Source of the DNA: a virus
Taxonomy: Duplodnaviria > Caudoviricetes
Reading direction: 5' to 3' (one strand)
Virus record (IMG/VR): IMGVR_UViG_3300050161_000057
Span: 1-36,260 of that record
DNA length: 36,260 bases
This document shows positions 35,557-36,260 of the stretch, one piece after another. A program made the position numbers and the translations under genes. Under the pieces are notes generated by a model. That model was not told the DNA's origin, made no database searches, and was given only the letters and a program-made list of their open reading frames with translations. Every line of letters starts with the position of its first letter. The first letter of the stretch is position 1.

Positions 35557-35828
35557 TGTCAACCATAGTTAGACTACAGGCAGGATTAATCAACCCTCTC
35601 ATTGCAGAAGAAGGTGACGATAAAATCTACGCTCTAGCAGAATGTTACTTCAAAGCAACTTTTAAGTCCTTTGGAGTAACTATTTCGGAAGAAGAACTTC
35701 CAGAAGAATTCTTTCTAGATCCACTAGATAAGAGAAATCAGAAATATAAGTACGTCTTTATCGTAAGAAAAGACAATTTAGTTGGATACTGTTGGTCAGA
35801 TGAGGAAATAGAATGTGTCACTGGATAA
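35556..35828 (+). CDS. Hypothetical protein
   Basis: 90 aa with a TAATG overlap. Confidence 0.65.
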   Translation: MSTIVRLQAGLINPLIAEEGDDKIYALAECYFKATFKSFGVTISEEELPEEFFLDPLDKRNQKYKYVFIVRKDNLVGYCWSDEEIECVTG

Positions 35829-36260
35829 TCCAAGACATATTTGGTGAAGAAACAAACGACTTCGTGAGAAACTTAGAATCTTACGAGGTCGTTTCTGCTA
35901 AATATGACGTATATGACAGGGCGATATACAGGAACACTCAGTTTAGGGGTTCGATTGACTTCGTTTTGAAGTCCTGTAAGTATCATGGTTTAAATCCCCA
36001 GATATCCTTGCAGAAATACGACTGCTCTCATTATTATAATCATTTAAATGAAGGAAGCCTCTTGAACGAGGATTTCGTCATGTTGCCCTGGGGATTCCTT
36101 AAGTCACAAAAGCTTAAGATTTTCCAGACGTTCCCAAGAATCGATTCTTTATTTATCAGACCCAATAGTGGCAGAAAGATATTTACCGGAACTACTCTTA
36201 CGAAGAAGTGGTTCGATAAAGAAATAGATATAATTAGATCATTACCAAGTTCTAGTATTG
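35813..36260 (+). CDS. ATP-grasp protein, R2K/DUF4343-like (partial, runs off the window)
   Basis: Hand translation from ATG 35813 (GAGGA upstream) is open to the end: MCHWIIQD...FRGSI...YDCSHYY...LLNEDFVMLPWG...LFIRPNSGRKIFTG. Confidence 0.72.
   Translation, partial: MCHWIIQDIFGEETNDFVRNLESYEVVSAKYDVYDRAIYRNTQFRGSIDFVLKSCKYHGLNPQISLQKYDCSHYYNHLNEGSLLNEDFVMLPWGFLKSQKLKIFQTFPRIDSLFIRPNSGRKIFTGTTLTKKWFDKEIDIIRSLPSSSI

Noticed and set aside
1-36260. Stop-codon reassignment
   Set aside because: Conserved genes are full length in code 11, and TAA, TAG and TGA all end genes at expected positions (e.g. nrdJ TAG, recA TGA).
1-36260. Cellular chromosome origin
   Set aside because: No ribosomal or typical housekeeping context. 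Divergent replication genes, a phage-type dNMP kinase and many small unknown ORFs fit a phage.

Overview
The window is best read as part of a large AT-rich tailed dsDNA phage genome (large/jumbo-type gene content) in the standard genetic code. All credible genes are on the + strand and densely packed, many with overlapping stop/start codons. In order: a membrane-anchored RuvA-domain-III-like protein, a free-standing HNH endonuclease, a GT4 glycosyltransferase, and a sigma-70-family factor. Next is a promoter-to-terminator unit (holin-like protein, papain-family Cys protease, exported thioredoxin, three membrane proteins). Then class II ribonucleotide reductase, dUTPase, PhoH, RecA, DnaB, DnaG, a dNMP kinase and a Cas4/AddB-like nuclease. 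A DnaE (Pol III alpha) follows, split without an intein into two genes that flank a DnaQ-like exonuclease. After it come a 10-gene glycosylation cluster, an SPFH protein and a partial ATP-grasp gene. The best candidates for new biology are the intein-less split DnaE, the protease/thioredoxin putative lysis cassette, the membrane-tethered RuvA-III domain, the glycosylation operon coupled to dnaE, and strong oligonucleotide skews (GCGC apparently absent; GGGCG/CGCCC and CTAG enriched). No tRNA, rRNA or CRISPR array was recognised. All calls come from motif recognition by eye, not database searches.
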